Assembly (NCBI GenBank): GCA_964365535.1
Contig: CAYIQG010000002.1
Location: forward strand, 1-36,377
Length of the DNA: 36,377 nucleotides
Reading direction: 5' to 3'
DNA from: an uncultured Candidatus Saccharibacteria bacterium
GTDB taxonomy: Bacteria > Patescibacteriota > Minisyncoccia > Phycocordibacterales > PALSA-1337
The notes below the pieces were generated by a model that was given only the letters and a program-made list of their open reading frames with translations, had not been told where the DNA came from and made no database searches. Made by a program: the position numbers and the translations under genes. Below, piece after piece: positions 17,947 through 26,387 of this stretch. Within the stretch, counting starts at the first letter, position 1, and every line of letters starts with the position of its first letter.

Positions 17947-18721
17947 TCACGCGAAGAGAAACAGAAAGCGGATAATAGCGGGCATATTCGCCTTTCTGGT
18001 CGCAATCGTTATTCTGATTCAAATATTCTTTTCTCACTTTTTCCCTGCTTTGATAACGAGTGTCGCGCGCCCATTTTGGCGCGCTGAATTTTCCGTGGCA
18101 AGCGGTTCACTTGAATCCCCGCAATCATTATTAGCTGAGAATGAAAGTCTGAAACTTCAACTCGAGGAAGCGAATATTCGTTTACAGGCAATTGGCGCGA
18201 TAGAATTGGAAAATTTGGAGCTCAAATCATTTTTTGGCAAGAATATAAGCGCCACATCGACGATAAAAAACAAAAGAATATTAGCTCCGGTTTTGATGCG
18301 GCCTGGCGCGGGACCTTATGATGAATTAATAATAGATGGGGGGAAGAATCTTGGCTTTACTATCGGTAACAAGGCATATGCCCCGGGCGATGTGTTAATC
18401 GGCGCGATATCGGATGTTCTTCCGGAGACTTCCAAAGTCTCTCTGTTTTCTTCTTCCGGAAATATCTTAAATGTGCTTATCGGTCCATCGAACGCCCCCG
18501 CGACAGCTGTTGGCCGTGGCGGCGGACAATATACCGCGCAATTGCCTCGCGCCGTGAAAATTTCCGCCGGCGATTTTGTTATCGTGCCATCAATCGACGA
18601 TAAGCCTTTCGGCATAGTTTCCGCGGTCGAGAGCGACTCCGCGCAATCATTCGAGATAATATTATTCGCTCCGCCCGTGAATATTTACCAGCTAAGGTGG
18701 GTTCTGGTAGAGCATATATGA
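17924..18721 (+). CDS. mreC: Rod shape-determining protein MreC
   Basis: N-terminal TM segment, a coiled-coil (LLAENESLKLQLEEANIRL), then a beta-rich domain. Position directly after mreB. Confidence 0.8.
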   Translation: MIYLQQNNHAKRNRKRIIAGIFAFLVAIVILIQIFFSHFFPALITSVARPFWRAEFSVASGSLESPQSLLAENESLKLQLEEANIRLQAIGAIELENLELKSFFGKNISATSTIKNKRILAPVLMRPGAGPYDELIIDGGKNLGFTIGNKAYAPGDVLIGAISDVLPETSKVSLFSSSGNILNVLIGPSNAPATAVGRGGGQYTAQLPRAVKISAGDFVIVPSIDDKPFGIVSAVESDSAQSFEIILFAPPVNIYQLRWVLVEHI

Positions 18722-18972
18722 AATTACGAATAATAACTGACCTAATAATATTCATAGCGATAATTCACGGCTGGTGGTTTGTCGCCTTACCGATTGCCGC
18801 CGCTGGTTGCTGGTTTTTCCCGTATTATATTGAGATAATAATCGGTGGTTTTGTTTATGACGCGTTATTCGGGATGATTCCCGGGACAGGTTTCACGGCT
18901 TATTTGGGGATAATAATATCTATTATCATATTCGCGGGCATAGCGACAATAAAACAAAACATAAGAAGATGA
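18718..18972 (+). CDS. Small polytopic membrane protein in the MreD position
   Basis: 84 aa with about 3 TM helices. Its ATG overlaps the mreC stop (ATGA). Assigned by synteny only (mreB-mreC-X-PBP2). Confidence 0.5.
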   Translation: MKLRIITDLIIFIAIIHGWWFVALPIAAAGCWFFPYYIEIIIGGFVYDALFGMIPGTGFTAYLGIIISIIIFAGIATIKQNIRR

Positions 18973-20669
18973 ATAAAAAATACGCCGAGATAGACCCGGA
19001 TGAAATACTTTTGGATTCCAGCAATATACCCAAATATGATTCATATCAGTTTGAAGGCCGATTGGAGAAACCGATTTCTAAGATGGCGCTAGTCGCGACG
19101 GGTGCTTTCTTCGCCCTAATAGCGGTTGTTTTCGCTATCCGCGCGTGGAACATTCAAATAACTAATGGTGAAGCATACAAAAATAGAAGCGAGAGAAACT
19201 TGCTTCGGCCCGCGCCTATATTCGCGGGAAGAGGAGTTATTTTCGATAGAAACGGCGTAGAACTCGCTTGGAATGCCCCAGCGGAAATATCAACAAACGC
19301 ATCGGCTGCGGCTTCTGCGAACATAGGGGATATTGTGGCGCGCCGAATGTACGCGACGACAACAGGTATGGCTCATGTGCTCGGTTATGTGCGGTATCCC
19401 ACGAAGGATAATAACGGTTTCTATTATCGCGAGGACTTCGAAGGAGTTGATGGGGCGGAAAAATATTTTAATGAAAATCTGCGTGGCGCGAATGGTTCGC
19501 GATTGGTTGAGGTTGACGCGAAAGGAAATATTTTTTCGGAGAATATCGCGCGTTCGCCGGAGCAGGGCGGGAACATCACGCTTTCCATAGATAGCCGCGC
19601 GCAGTCGGCGCTTTACGATAATATAAAAGATGTGGCTGACAGCGTTGGCTTTGCCGGAGGCGCCGGGGTTATCATGGATATTTCTACCGGAGAAATTATA
19701 GCCATAACCAGCTATCCGGAATATAGTCCTCAAATTATATCCGATAGGGCCGATTCATCGGCAATAAAGAAAATGCTAAATGATTCGAATTTACCATTCT
19801 TGGATAGGGCGATTGACGGGCTCTATACCCCCGGTTCAATCGTGAAGCCGTATATAGCTCTGGGTGTTTTGAATGAAAATATCATAGACCCGTCTGCTAT
19901 CATTGTGACTAACGGTTCCATATCTTTGCCGAATCCATATGATTCGGCGAAATCTACCGTCTTCAGGGATTGGAAAAATAACGGTTCTCTTGATTTGCGC
20001 CGCGCTATCGCGATGTCTTCCGACGCGTATTTCTATATTGTTGGCGGCGGTTACAAAGACCAGAAAGGTTTGGGTATCGCCAAGATTGACCAGTATTTGA
20101 GGATGTTTGGATTTGGAACCGCTATTCCGGCTTCTTTCGTGTCTGGCAAAAGCGGGACTATTCCCACGCCGGAATGGAAGAAATCAACTTTTAATGAAGA
20201 GTGGTATGTTGGAAACACATATCATACCGCCATAGGACAATACGGATTCCAGGTTACGCTTGTGCAAATAGTTCGCGCCATGGCGGCTATCGCGAATAAC
20301 GGCGTCATGCTTGTTCCGACTATATTGAAAGACTCCGTTTTGCCTATAGATCGCGTTATCGATATAATTCCCGAAAAGGATTATCAAATAGTTCGCGAGG
20401 GTATGCGTCTCGGCGTTACGGAAGGAACGAGTAAGGCTCTAAATGTTCCATATGTCACGGTAGCGGGGAAGTCCGGTACGGCTGAACTTGGGGTGAGTAA
20501 AGAGAAAGTAAATTCATGGATGACCGGTTTCTTCCCTTATGAGAACCCGCGATATGCTTTTGCCGTGATGTTGGAAAAAGGCTCAGTTCGCAATATGATC
20601 GGCGCGGCGAGGGTAATGAGAAAGCAACTTGATTGGATGAATGTTAATACGCCCGAGTATTTCAAGTAG
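18969..20669 (+). CDS. mrdA: Penicillin-binding protein 2 (class B transpeptidase)
   Basis: N-terminal anchor. SxxK as GSIVKP, SxD/N as SSDAYF, KSGTA (KTG-type box). Follows the mreBCD genes. Confidence 0.9.
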   Translation: MNKKYAEIDPDEILLDSSNIPKYDSYQFEGRLEKPISKMALVATGAFFALIAVVFAIRAWNIQITNGEAYKNRSERNLLRPAPIFAGRGVIFDRNGVELAWNAPAEISTNASAAASANIGDIVARRMYATTTGMAHVLGYVRYPTKDNNGFYYREDFEGVDGAEKYFNENLRGANGSRLVEVDAKGNIFSENIARSPEQGGNITLSIDSRAQSALYDNIKDVADSVGFAGGAGVIMDISTGEIIAITSYPEYSPQIISDRADSSAIKKMLNDSNLPFLDRAIDGLYTPGSIVKPYIALGVLNENIIDPSAIIVTNGSISLPNPYDSAKSTVFRDWKNNGSLDLRRAIAMSSDAYFYIVGGGYKDQKGLGIAKIDQYLRMFGFGTAIPASFVSGKSGTIPTPEWKKSTFNEEWYVGNTYHTAIGQYGFQVTLVQIVRAMAAIANNGVMLVPTILKDSVLPIDRVIDIIPEKDYQIVREGMRLGVTEGTSKALNVPYVTVAGKSGTAELGVSKEKVNSWMTGFFPYENPRYAFAVMLEKGSVRNMIGAARVMRKQLDWMNVNTPEYFK

Positions 20670-20694
20670 TCATTCCCGCGAAAGCGGGAATCTA
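20669..20694. repeat. Palindromic REP-like element, copy 2 (GTCATTCCCGCGAAAGCGGGAATCTA)
   Basis: Identical over 26 nt to copy 3. Its first base is the last base of the PBP2 TAG stop. Confidence 0.85.
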
Positions 20695-20723
20695 TTGAAT
20701 ATTGCGCTTTTCCTTGCTATTAT
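20695..20723 (+). promoter_or_regulatory. greA promoter TTGAAT-N17-(TGc)TATTAT
   Basis: TTGAAT at 20695-20700 and TGCTATTAT at 20715-20723. This places the TSS near 20730 and supports the ATG at 20759 rather than the TTG at 20702. Confidence 0.5.
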
Positions 20724-20758
20724 GTAAATCTAATAAAAAGATAATCACAAATACCACA

Positions 20759-21226
20759 ATGTCCAATGAAACCCAATATCTTACCAAAGAGAAGTTAGCG
20801 GAACTAAAAAAAGAACTGGAATATTTGAAATCTGAAAAAAGGAAAGAAGTCGCTGAACATCTCGAGTATTCAAAGAAGTTGGGTGACTTGTCCGAAAATG
20901 CCGAATATCATCAGGCGCGCGAAGACCAGGCGGAAGTTGAGGATCGCATTGGCCGCCTCGAAACGCTTCTCCAGAACGCGATAATAATAGATGCGCCTAC
21001 TGGGGATATAATTACCGTCGGCACAACTCTGCGAATAGAGAGAAACGGCGATAATAAGTCATATCTTTACACGATTGTCGGTTCTGAAGAGGCGGATATG
21101 TCCCATGGTAAAATCTCAAATCTTTCCCCGCTTGGTTCCGCTCTTATCGGTCGCAAAAAAGGAGAATCTATCGAAGTGCCGACCCCGAAAGGCGTGATGA
21201 AGTACACGATTATGATGATAAAATAA
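20759..21226 (+). CDS. greA: Transcription elongation factor GreA
   Basis: LTKEKLAELKKELEYL, GDLSENAEYHQAREDQ, 155 aa from the ATG at 20759. Confidence 0.93.
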   Translation: MSNETQYLTKEKLAELKKELEYLKSEKRKEVAEHLEYSKKLGDLSENAEYHQAREDQAEVEDRIGRLETLLQNAIIIDAPTGDIITVGTTLRIERNGDNKSYLYTIVGSEEADMSHGKISNLSPLGSALIGRKKGESIEVPTPKGVMKYTIMMIK

Positions 21227-21227
21227 T

Positions 21228-22685
21228 ATGTCCTCGCTTTTAGAATTAAAACAAACCCGTCTTGGCAAATTGGAGCTTTTGAAAAAAGCCGGTATGGATG
21301 CTTATCCAGTTTCGGTTCCAAGAGATTTCTGTTTATCGGAAGCGCGCGCTAAATTCACCGAATTTGAAAAAAGTGGCAAGACAGTTTCACTTTCAGGAAG
21401 AATCATGGCGATTCGCGGGCAAGGCGCTATTCTTTTCTTAGTTCTTGACGATGGTACCGCCACATTTCAGGCGGTTATCAAAAAGGATACTTTGAAACCT
21501 GAATTATTCAAACTCCTTAATCAGACTATTGATATTGGAGATATTATAAGCGTGACTGGCGCGTTCTTTTCGACGAACAAGGGAGAACAAAGCATCCTCG
21601 TATCTTCATGGACAATGGCGGCAAAGTCGCTTTTGCCATTACCGGAAAAATGGCATGGCTTGGCTGATCTTGATGAGAAATTCCGCAAACGATATCTCGA
21701 TTTTATCATGGAGCCGGAAACTAGAGCTCTTTTCTTCAGAAAAGCTAAATTTTGGCGGCTGGCTCGAGCTTTTATGGAAAAGGAAGGGTTTCTGGAAGTT
21801 GAAACGCCCACCCTCGAGACAACCACCGGCGGAGCGGAGGCAAATCCATTCAAAACTCATCATAATGATTATGATATGGATGTATATTTGCGTATCTCTA
21901 TTGGCGAATTATGGCAAAAGCGCCTGATGGCGGCTGGATTCAACAAAACTTTCGAAATTGGCAGGGCTTATAGAAATGAAGGCTCAAGCCCGGAGCATGT
22001 TCAAGAATTCACGAATCTTGAATATTATTGGGCATACGCGAACTATGAAGACGGCATGAATTTCACCGTTAGACTTTATCGGTATTTGGCGCAGGAAGTT
22101 TTTGGAACGACGAAATTCACTTACAAAGATTATAGTTTTGATTTGGCAGATGAATGGAAAAAGATTGACTATACGGAAGAGATAAAGAAGCAAACGGGAA
22201 TTGATATTATTGAAGTTAAAGATACGGATATCAAGAAAGAGTTGGATAATTTGAAGATTTCTTATGAAGGAACAAATCGCGAAAGACTTGTTGATACTCT
22301 GTGGAAATATTGCAGGAAAAATATTACCGGTCCAGCATTCGTGGTAAATCATCCAGTACTTGTTGCGCCACTGGCAAAGAGCGTTCCCGGCAATTCTTCT
22401 ATTGTGCAAATGTTCCAACCGATTATCGCCGGAAGCGAGATTGGCCGTGGTTATTCGGAGCTGAATGACCCGATAGACCAGCGCAAGCGTTTCGAAGAAC
22501 AACAAAAATTGATTGATAAAGGTGATAAAGAGGCTATGATGCCTGATATGGAATTCGTGGAAATGCTCGAACACGGCATGCCGCCGACATGCGGTTTCGG
22601 CTTCGGCGAACGCTTGTTTTCTATTCTTGCCGGTAAGCCTTTGCGCGAGACGCAACTGTTTCCGCTCATGAGGCCGAAGAAATAA
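21228..22685 (+). CDS. lysS: Lysyl-tRNA synthetase, class II
   Basis: OB-fold N-terminus, RKRYLDF, FLEVETP, FEIGRAYRNEG, and the GFGFGERL C-terminal motif. Confidence 0.95.
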   Translation: MSSLLELKQTRLGKLELLKKAGMDAYPVSVPRDFCLSEARAKFTEFEKSGKTVSLSGRIMAIRGQGAILFLVLDDGTATFQAVIKKDTLKPELFKLLNQTIDIGDIISVTGAFFSTNKGEQSILVSSWTMAAKSLLPLPEKWHGLADLDEKFRKRYLDFIMEPETRALFFRKAKFWRLARAFMEKEGFLEVETPTLETTTGGAEANPFKTHHNDYDMDVYLRISIGELWQKRLMAAGFNKTFEIGRAYRNEGSSPEHVQEFTNLEYYWAYANYEDGMNFTVRLYRYLAQEVFGTTKFTYKDYSFDLADEWKKIDYTEEIKKQTGIDIIEVKDTDIKKELDNLKISYEGTNRERLVDTLWKYCRKNITGPAFVVNHPVLVAPLAKSVPGNSSIVQMFQPIIAGSEIGRGYSELNDPIDQRKRFEEQQKLIDKGDKEAMMPDMEFVEMLEHGMPPTCGFGFGERLFSILAGKPLRETQLFPLMRPKK

Positions 22686-22697
22686 TCTTTTATTTTG

Positions 22698-22726
22698 TTG
22701 ACTTCGCGGACTAACTTTGTGAGAAT
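22698..22726 (+). promoter_or_regulatory. Promoter TTGACT-N17-(TGt)GAGAAT abutting the next CDS
   Basis: TTGACT at 22698-22703 and TGTGAGAAT at 22718-22726. GTG codons follow at 22727 and 22733, the latter 6 nt after the -10 element. Confidence 0.5.
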
Positions 22727-23485
22727 GTGACGGTGGAACATCTTTCAAAACAACAAATAGTCTTACTCACATTGCTCGTTTCCTTTGTCACGGCTCTCGC
22801 GACCGGAATTTTCACCGTCTCGCTCATGAATCAGGCGCCGGAAAGCGTCGGGCAAACGATCGGCCGTGTCATTGAGAGAACTATCGAAGCGGCAGTGCCA
22901 CAGAGCGCGTCGGTTTCGGATATTTTCACATTCGAAGACCGTATAGCGAATGCCGTGGAGAAAGTCGCTTCAAGCACGGTTCAGATAAAAAGTAAAGATG
23001 ACGACGCCATTGTCGGCATGGGACTTATTGTTTCGAGAGAAGGCGTTATCGTCACGGACAAATCGGCGGTCGCGCGAGCGCGCGGATATTTCGCGGTATT
23101 TCGTGATGGCAAACAAGTTCCCGTGGCTATCATACAATCGCAGATAGATGGCGACATTGTTTTCTTGGCGCCATTTCCTCCGGATATTTTCCTAAACCGG
23201 CTGATAACGCCGATTACTTTCGCGGTATTACCGAAGTTGGGACAAACAATTTTGTCGCTTTCTGGCACATCAACCCAAATTCTTGGCCAAGGGATAGTCA
23301 CCGAAACTTCAGCGACGATTATTCAGACTTCGATTCCGCGGTCAAAAGTAATGATTGGAGGGCCTATTTTCACCGTGAATGGGGAAGTAATTGGAATCAA
23401 CCTATTATCGATAAATTCCGGAAATGAGATAAACTCTTATTCCATAAACGCGCTCAAAGATGTGATTCCGGTTATTAGGAAATAG
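22727..23485 (+). CDS. Membrane-anchored trypsin-like (S1C/HtrA-like) protease homolog lacking catalytic His and Ser
   Basis: N-terminal TM helix. VEKVASSTVQI, GLIVSREGVIVTDKSAV (K where His is expected), DGDIVFL (Asp kept), VMIGGPIFTVNGEVIGIN (I where the GNSGGP Ser is expected). The start may be the GTG at 22733. Confidence 0.65.
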   Translation: MTVEHLSKQQIVLLTLLVSFVTALATGIFTVSLMNQAPESVGQTIGRVIERTIEAAVPQSASVSDIFTFEDRIANAVEKVASSTVQIKSKDDDAIVGMGLIVSREGVIVTDKSAVARARGYFAVFRDGKQVPVAIIQSQIDGDIVFLAPFPPDIFLNRLITPITFAVLPKLGQTILSLSGTSTQILGQGIVTETSATIIQTSIPRSKVMIGGPIFTVNGEVIGINLLSINSGNEINSYSINALKDVIPVIRK

Positions 23486-23488
23486 TTT

Positions 23489-23654
23489 CACCCAAACGGC
23501 GAGTATATTCATTTTCTGAAGCCTGCGAGACTCATGTCGTTAAATTGCAAGAAATATTGGCTCCTAACGGTGGAGCCAATATTTCTAAGCAATTTATACT
23601 CCATTCAGACAAAATTCTCGGCTTCAGAAAATGAATATACTCGCCGTTTGGGTG
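23489..23654. repeat. 166-nt long palindrome (35-bp perfect outer arms, about 24-bp inner hairpin)
   Basis: CACCCAAACGGCGAGTATATTCATTTTCTGAAGCC (23489-23523) is the exact reverse complement of 23620-23654. Inner arms are 23541-23564 / 23572-23596, with a 15-bp perfect core AGAAATATTGGCTCC. Confidence 0.9.
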
Positions 23655-23664
23655 GGGAATTCAT

Positions 23665-23731
23665 CCTTTTTTGAGACTTTTTTTATCCTTTTTTCATTGT
23701 TTTTTTATCGAAATTTCATACTTTTTTGAAC
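23665..23731 (+). repeat. Helically phased T-tract array (degenerate 11-bp tandem repeat)
   Basis: T6-T7 runs start at 23667, 23678, 23689, 23700 and 23722. Only a weak TTT at 23714-23716 marks the phase-predicted 23711 position. All spacings are multiples of 11 bp. Confidence 0.8.
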
Positions 23732-23760
23732 ATTTCTTCATAACTCATTTCGTATGATAT

Positions 23761-24039
23761 ATGTATTATCAGTTTAATCCATATATTTCTATGCCCTTAG
23801 AACAAAAAGATTTGGAACTCATTGAGCATTTGCTTTACAAGAATAGCGATGAAATCGGCATCGCCATCGGTCGAAGTTTCGAGCGTCTAGAGGAACGAAT
23901 GGACTGCATAGAGTCTCGGACTTACGCGCGGTTGGCGGAATTAGAGGAAAAGATTGAAGATGTTAGACAAAGCGTGACCGATATATTAGAGGCGATGCGT
24001 GAGGATATTCGTGAGATGGGTAAAGTCGAGCTGGAATAA
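23761..24039 (+). CDS. Hypothetical small coiled-coil protein
   Basis: 92-aa ORF, charged heptad-like sequence (LEERMDCIESRTYARLAELEEKIEDVRQSV). I recognise no motif. An alternative start lies at the ATG at 23791. Confidence 0.45.
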   Translation: MYYQFNPYISMPLEQKDLELIEHLLYKNSDEIGIAIGRSFERLEERMDCIESRTYARLAELEEKIEDVRQSVTDILEAMREDIREMGKVELE

Positions 24040-24045
24040 AAGAAC

Positions 24046-25410
24046 TTATAAATGTTTGATTCCAAACCCGGCTTCGGTATCCATCACGGTAAATCCTCGA
24101 CTCTCGATTTCTTTTCGCAGAGCATCCGCCTTTTTCCATTCTTTATTTTTGCGTGCTTCCTTTCTCGCTTCCGCCAAAGCTGTAACTTCAGCCGGGATTT
24201 TCTCTTCCTCAATATTTCTGACCGCGTCCAAATTCAAGCCGAAAATCCGGTCGAAATCTAGAATAGTGGCGCGCTTATCGGCATCCGAATATTTATCATC
24301 TTTGAGTAAATCCCACGAAAGGGCAACAGCTTTTGGTAAGTCCAAATCATCGTTGATATAAGCCAGAAAACGCTCATTATAGGCAGGAATAATGGCTCCA
24401 TCCTCCGGATACCCGCTGAGCGTGGAAATAAGCCGTATCAGGGCATTTTGGGCGGCTCTGACGGCAGAATAGGTGAAGTCTATAGGCGAACGGTATTGAG
24501 CTGTTAATAGCCAATAGCGGTAAGATAAGGGAGAGATAGTTTCGTTCTCGAAATTCTCCAATTTGATAATATTACCCTTGGATTTCGACATCTTATCTTC
24601 ACTCATAGTCATAAATGCTCCATGCATCCAATAATCCACGAATTTCTTGCCAGTCGCGCTTTCCGATTGGGCTATTTCATTTGTATGATGGGGGAATATG
24701 AGATCCGCCCCACCTGTATGAATATCAATAGTCGGACCCAGCTCTTTCATCGCCATAGCCGAACATTCTATATGCCAGCCCGGCCTACCTTCTCCGAAAG
24801 GTGCTTTCCAATAATTTTCGCCGTCATTTTCCGATTTGAATTTCCACAAAGCAAAATCTCTAGTGTTATTCTTATCATATTCATCATTTACGATACGTTC
24901 TTTGCTAAAACTTCCTTCCTTTGTAAGGTCTATGCCTGCCAATTTTCCGTAATTTTTGACCTTCTCAATCGACATATATATTCCATCATCTGCCTTATAT
25001 GCCGAACCATTTTTTAATAATATTTCTACGAGGTCAATCATCTCTTGAATATTATCCGTAGCTCTCAACAGTTTATGGGGTAATAGAATATTAAGTGATT
25101 TCAAGCCATCGATAAATAATTTCTCATACTTTTCTGTAATTTCTTTCAGTGGAACACCTTCATCACTACTTCTCTTTATAGTCTTATCATCAACATCCGT
25201 TATATTCATGATTTGAGTAACGGAATAATCGTTATATTCGAATACGCGACGCAAAAGGTCATTCATTACGAATGTGCGATAATTGCCGATATGTGGCGTA
25301 TCATAAACTGTCGGTCCGCAACTATACATCGAAACCGCGCCTTCTTTTAGAGGTTTGAATATCTCTATTTTCTTTGAAAGGGTATTGTAAAGTTTAATTT
25401 CCATATTCAT
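24046..25410 (-). CDS. cysS: Cysteinyl-tRNA synthetase
   Basis: MYSCGPTVYDTPHIGNYRT (HIGH), KMSKSKGN (KMSKS), and the GWHIECSAM zinc site. The ATG at 25410 forms an ATGA overlap with the corA-like stop. ATGs at 25404 and 25416 are alternatives. The 507-aa track ORF over-extends. Confidence 0.92.
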   Translation of the reverse strand: MNMEIKLYNTLSKKIEIFKPLKEGAVSMYSCGPTVYDTPHIGNYRTFVMNDLLRRVFEYNDYSVTQIMNITDVDDKTIKRSSDEGVPLKEITEKYEKLFIDGLKSLNILLPHKLLRATDNIQEMIDLVEILLKNGSAYKADDGIYMSIEKVKNYGKLAGIDLTKEGSFSKERIVNDEYDKNNTRDFALWKFKSENDGENYWKAPFGEGRPGWHIECSAMAMKELGPTIDIHTGGADLIFPHHTNEIAQSESATGKKFVDYWMHGAFMTMSEDKMSKSKGNIIKLENFENETISPLSYRYWLLTAQYRSPIDFTYSAVRAAQNALIRLISTLSGYPEDGAIIPAYNERFLAYINDDLDLPKAVALSWDLLKDDKYSDADKRATILDFDRIFGLNLDAVRNIEEEKIPAEVTALAEARKEARKNKEWKKADALRKEIESRGFTVMDTEAGFGIKHL

Positions 25411-26330
25411 ATCCATCTTTTCTTCTTGAACCACCACCACATTAGAGATGAGCAAGCTATCATTATAAGAAGGACGATATTCCATCCTTGCGAAATATTT
25501 ATAATCGGTACGGATAAAGCTGGAATCGTGAAAAGGGCGGCGATGAATGATAAAGGATAGAAGATACAAGCAATCAAGGTCAAAGTCTTGATGATTTCAT
25601 TTTGCTTCGTGCTCAAAAGTGAATCGTTCGTTTCGCGCAAATCAGCTAATAATTCCCGGCAATTGCCGACCAATTCATGGACATGATTGAACTCATCGCG
25701 CATATCGCGCGCGTATGGCAGAAATTCCTTACCTAGAGGATTATTATCGGATGAATCAATCAGATTGTCCCAAATATCACGGTGAATACGAGATGTTTGC
25801 CTGAAATCGATAAGTTCGCGACTGACATTCGACAAAACTCTAACCATATTCCTTTCATCGCCGTTGAATATGCTTGTTTCGGCCGTGAGAAGCGCGTCTT
25901 TGATATTTTCCAAATCTTCATTCATGCCGGCATACAGTCTCTTCACCATATAGTAGAACATATGCCCGGCATGCTCAATCTGCTCATCTTTTCCTAGAAT
26001 GGAATTGGCTTCAAATATTTTGGCAAAATATTCAATCTGTTCGATGGTATCGAAACGCGAAGTTATGAGAAAGGTTTTACCGATAACAAAATCAATCTCT
26101 CTATCAACGACGGTGTAATTATTTCCTTGTTTAACTCTTACCGGTAGGGTCAAAACTACAAGAATATAATCCGCGTAAAAATCAATCTTCGCCAAAGCGG
26201 AAGAGCTTTTCAATTCCTCGCCGACTAATGGGTGCAAGCCATATCTGCGTACCAACCCCGTGATTTCATTGTCGTTGGGGGATTCGAGGTCTATCCAAGC
26301 GATACCGCGATATGAATGGGTTGTTGTCAT
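25407..26330 (-). CDS. CorA-family divalent cation transporter homolog lacking the GMN signature
   Basis: CorA-like length and C-terminal two-TM architecture (IFYPLSFIAALFTIPALSVP...WWWFKKKRWI). TIP stands where YGMN is expected. Confidence 0.75.
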   Translation of the reverse strand: MTTTHSYRGIAWIDLESPNDNEITGLVRRYGLHPLVGEELKSSSALAKIDFYADYILVVLTLPVRVKQGNNYTVVDREIDFVIGKTFLITSRFDTIEQIEYFAKIFEANSILGKDEQIEHAGHMFYYMVKRLYAGMNEDLENIKDALLTAETSIFNGDERNMVRVLSNVSRELIDFRQTSRIHRDIWDNLIDSSDNNPLGKEFLPYARDMRDEFNHVHELVGNCRELLADLRETNDSLLSTKQNEIIKTLTLIACIFYPLSFIAALFTIPALSVPIINISQGWNIVLLIMIACSSLMWWWFKKKRWI

Positions 26331-26336
26331 GGAAAC

Positions 26337-26345
26337 ATTATAGCA
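26337..26345 (-). promoter_or_regulatory. Extended -10 TGCTATAAT, 6 nt upstream of the corA-like ATG
   Basis: Minus-strand reading: TGCTATAAT-GTTTCC-ATG(26330). Confidence 0.5.
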
Positions 26346-26387
26346 AAAACTTGGTAAAAAAAGCGAGATATGTAATAATAGTTGTTA

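Noticed and set aside
16876-20669. The mreB-mreC-mreD-like-PBP2 cluster lacks an adjacent rodA. The only SEDS gene in the window sits with murG.
   Set aside because: A second SEDS gene may exist outside the window, so a claim of a single dual-use SEDS protein is not supportable here.
20702-20758. N-terminal extensions of greA (TTG 20702), the methyltransferase (GTG 4697), ctpA (TTG 26382), the cohesin gene (TTG 16032) and the giant protein (TTG 11682)
   Set aside because: The extensions overlap predicted promoters or the upstream gene, use non-ATG codons, and add residues with no counterpart in the respective families. Downstream ATGs give canonical N-termini or signal peptides.
21984-22748. 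254-aa ORF antisense to lysS, the longest unexplained ORF in the track
   Set aside because: It is almost entirely nested in the opposite strand of a clearly recognisable lysS. Its translation is low-complexity and rich in R/H/F/I, with no recognisable motif. It is typical of a shadow ORF.
24046-25569. 507-aa version of cysS whose N-terminus overlaps the corA-like gene by about 160 nt
   Set aside because: The extra ~55 residues have no CysRS counterpart. Canonical CysRS begins at M-x-x-KLYNTL, which matches the ATG cluster at 25404-25416, right at the corA-like stop.
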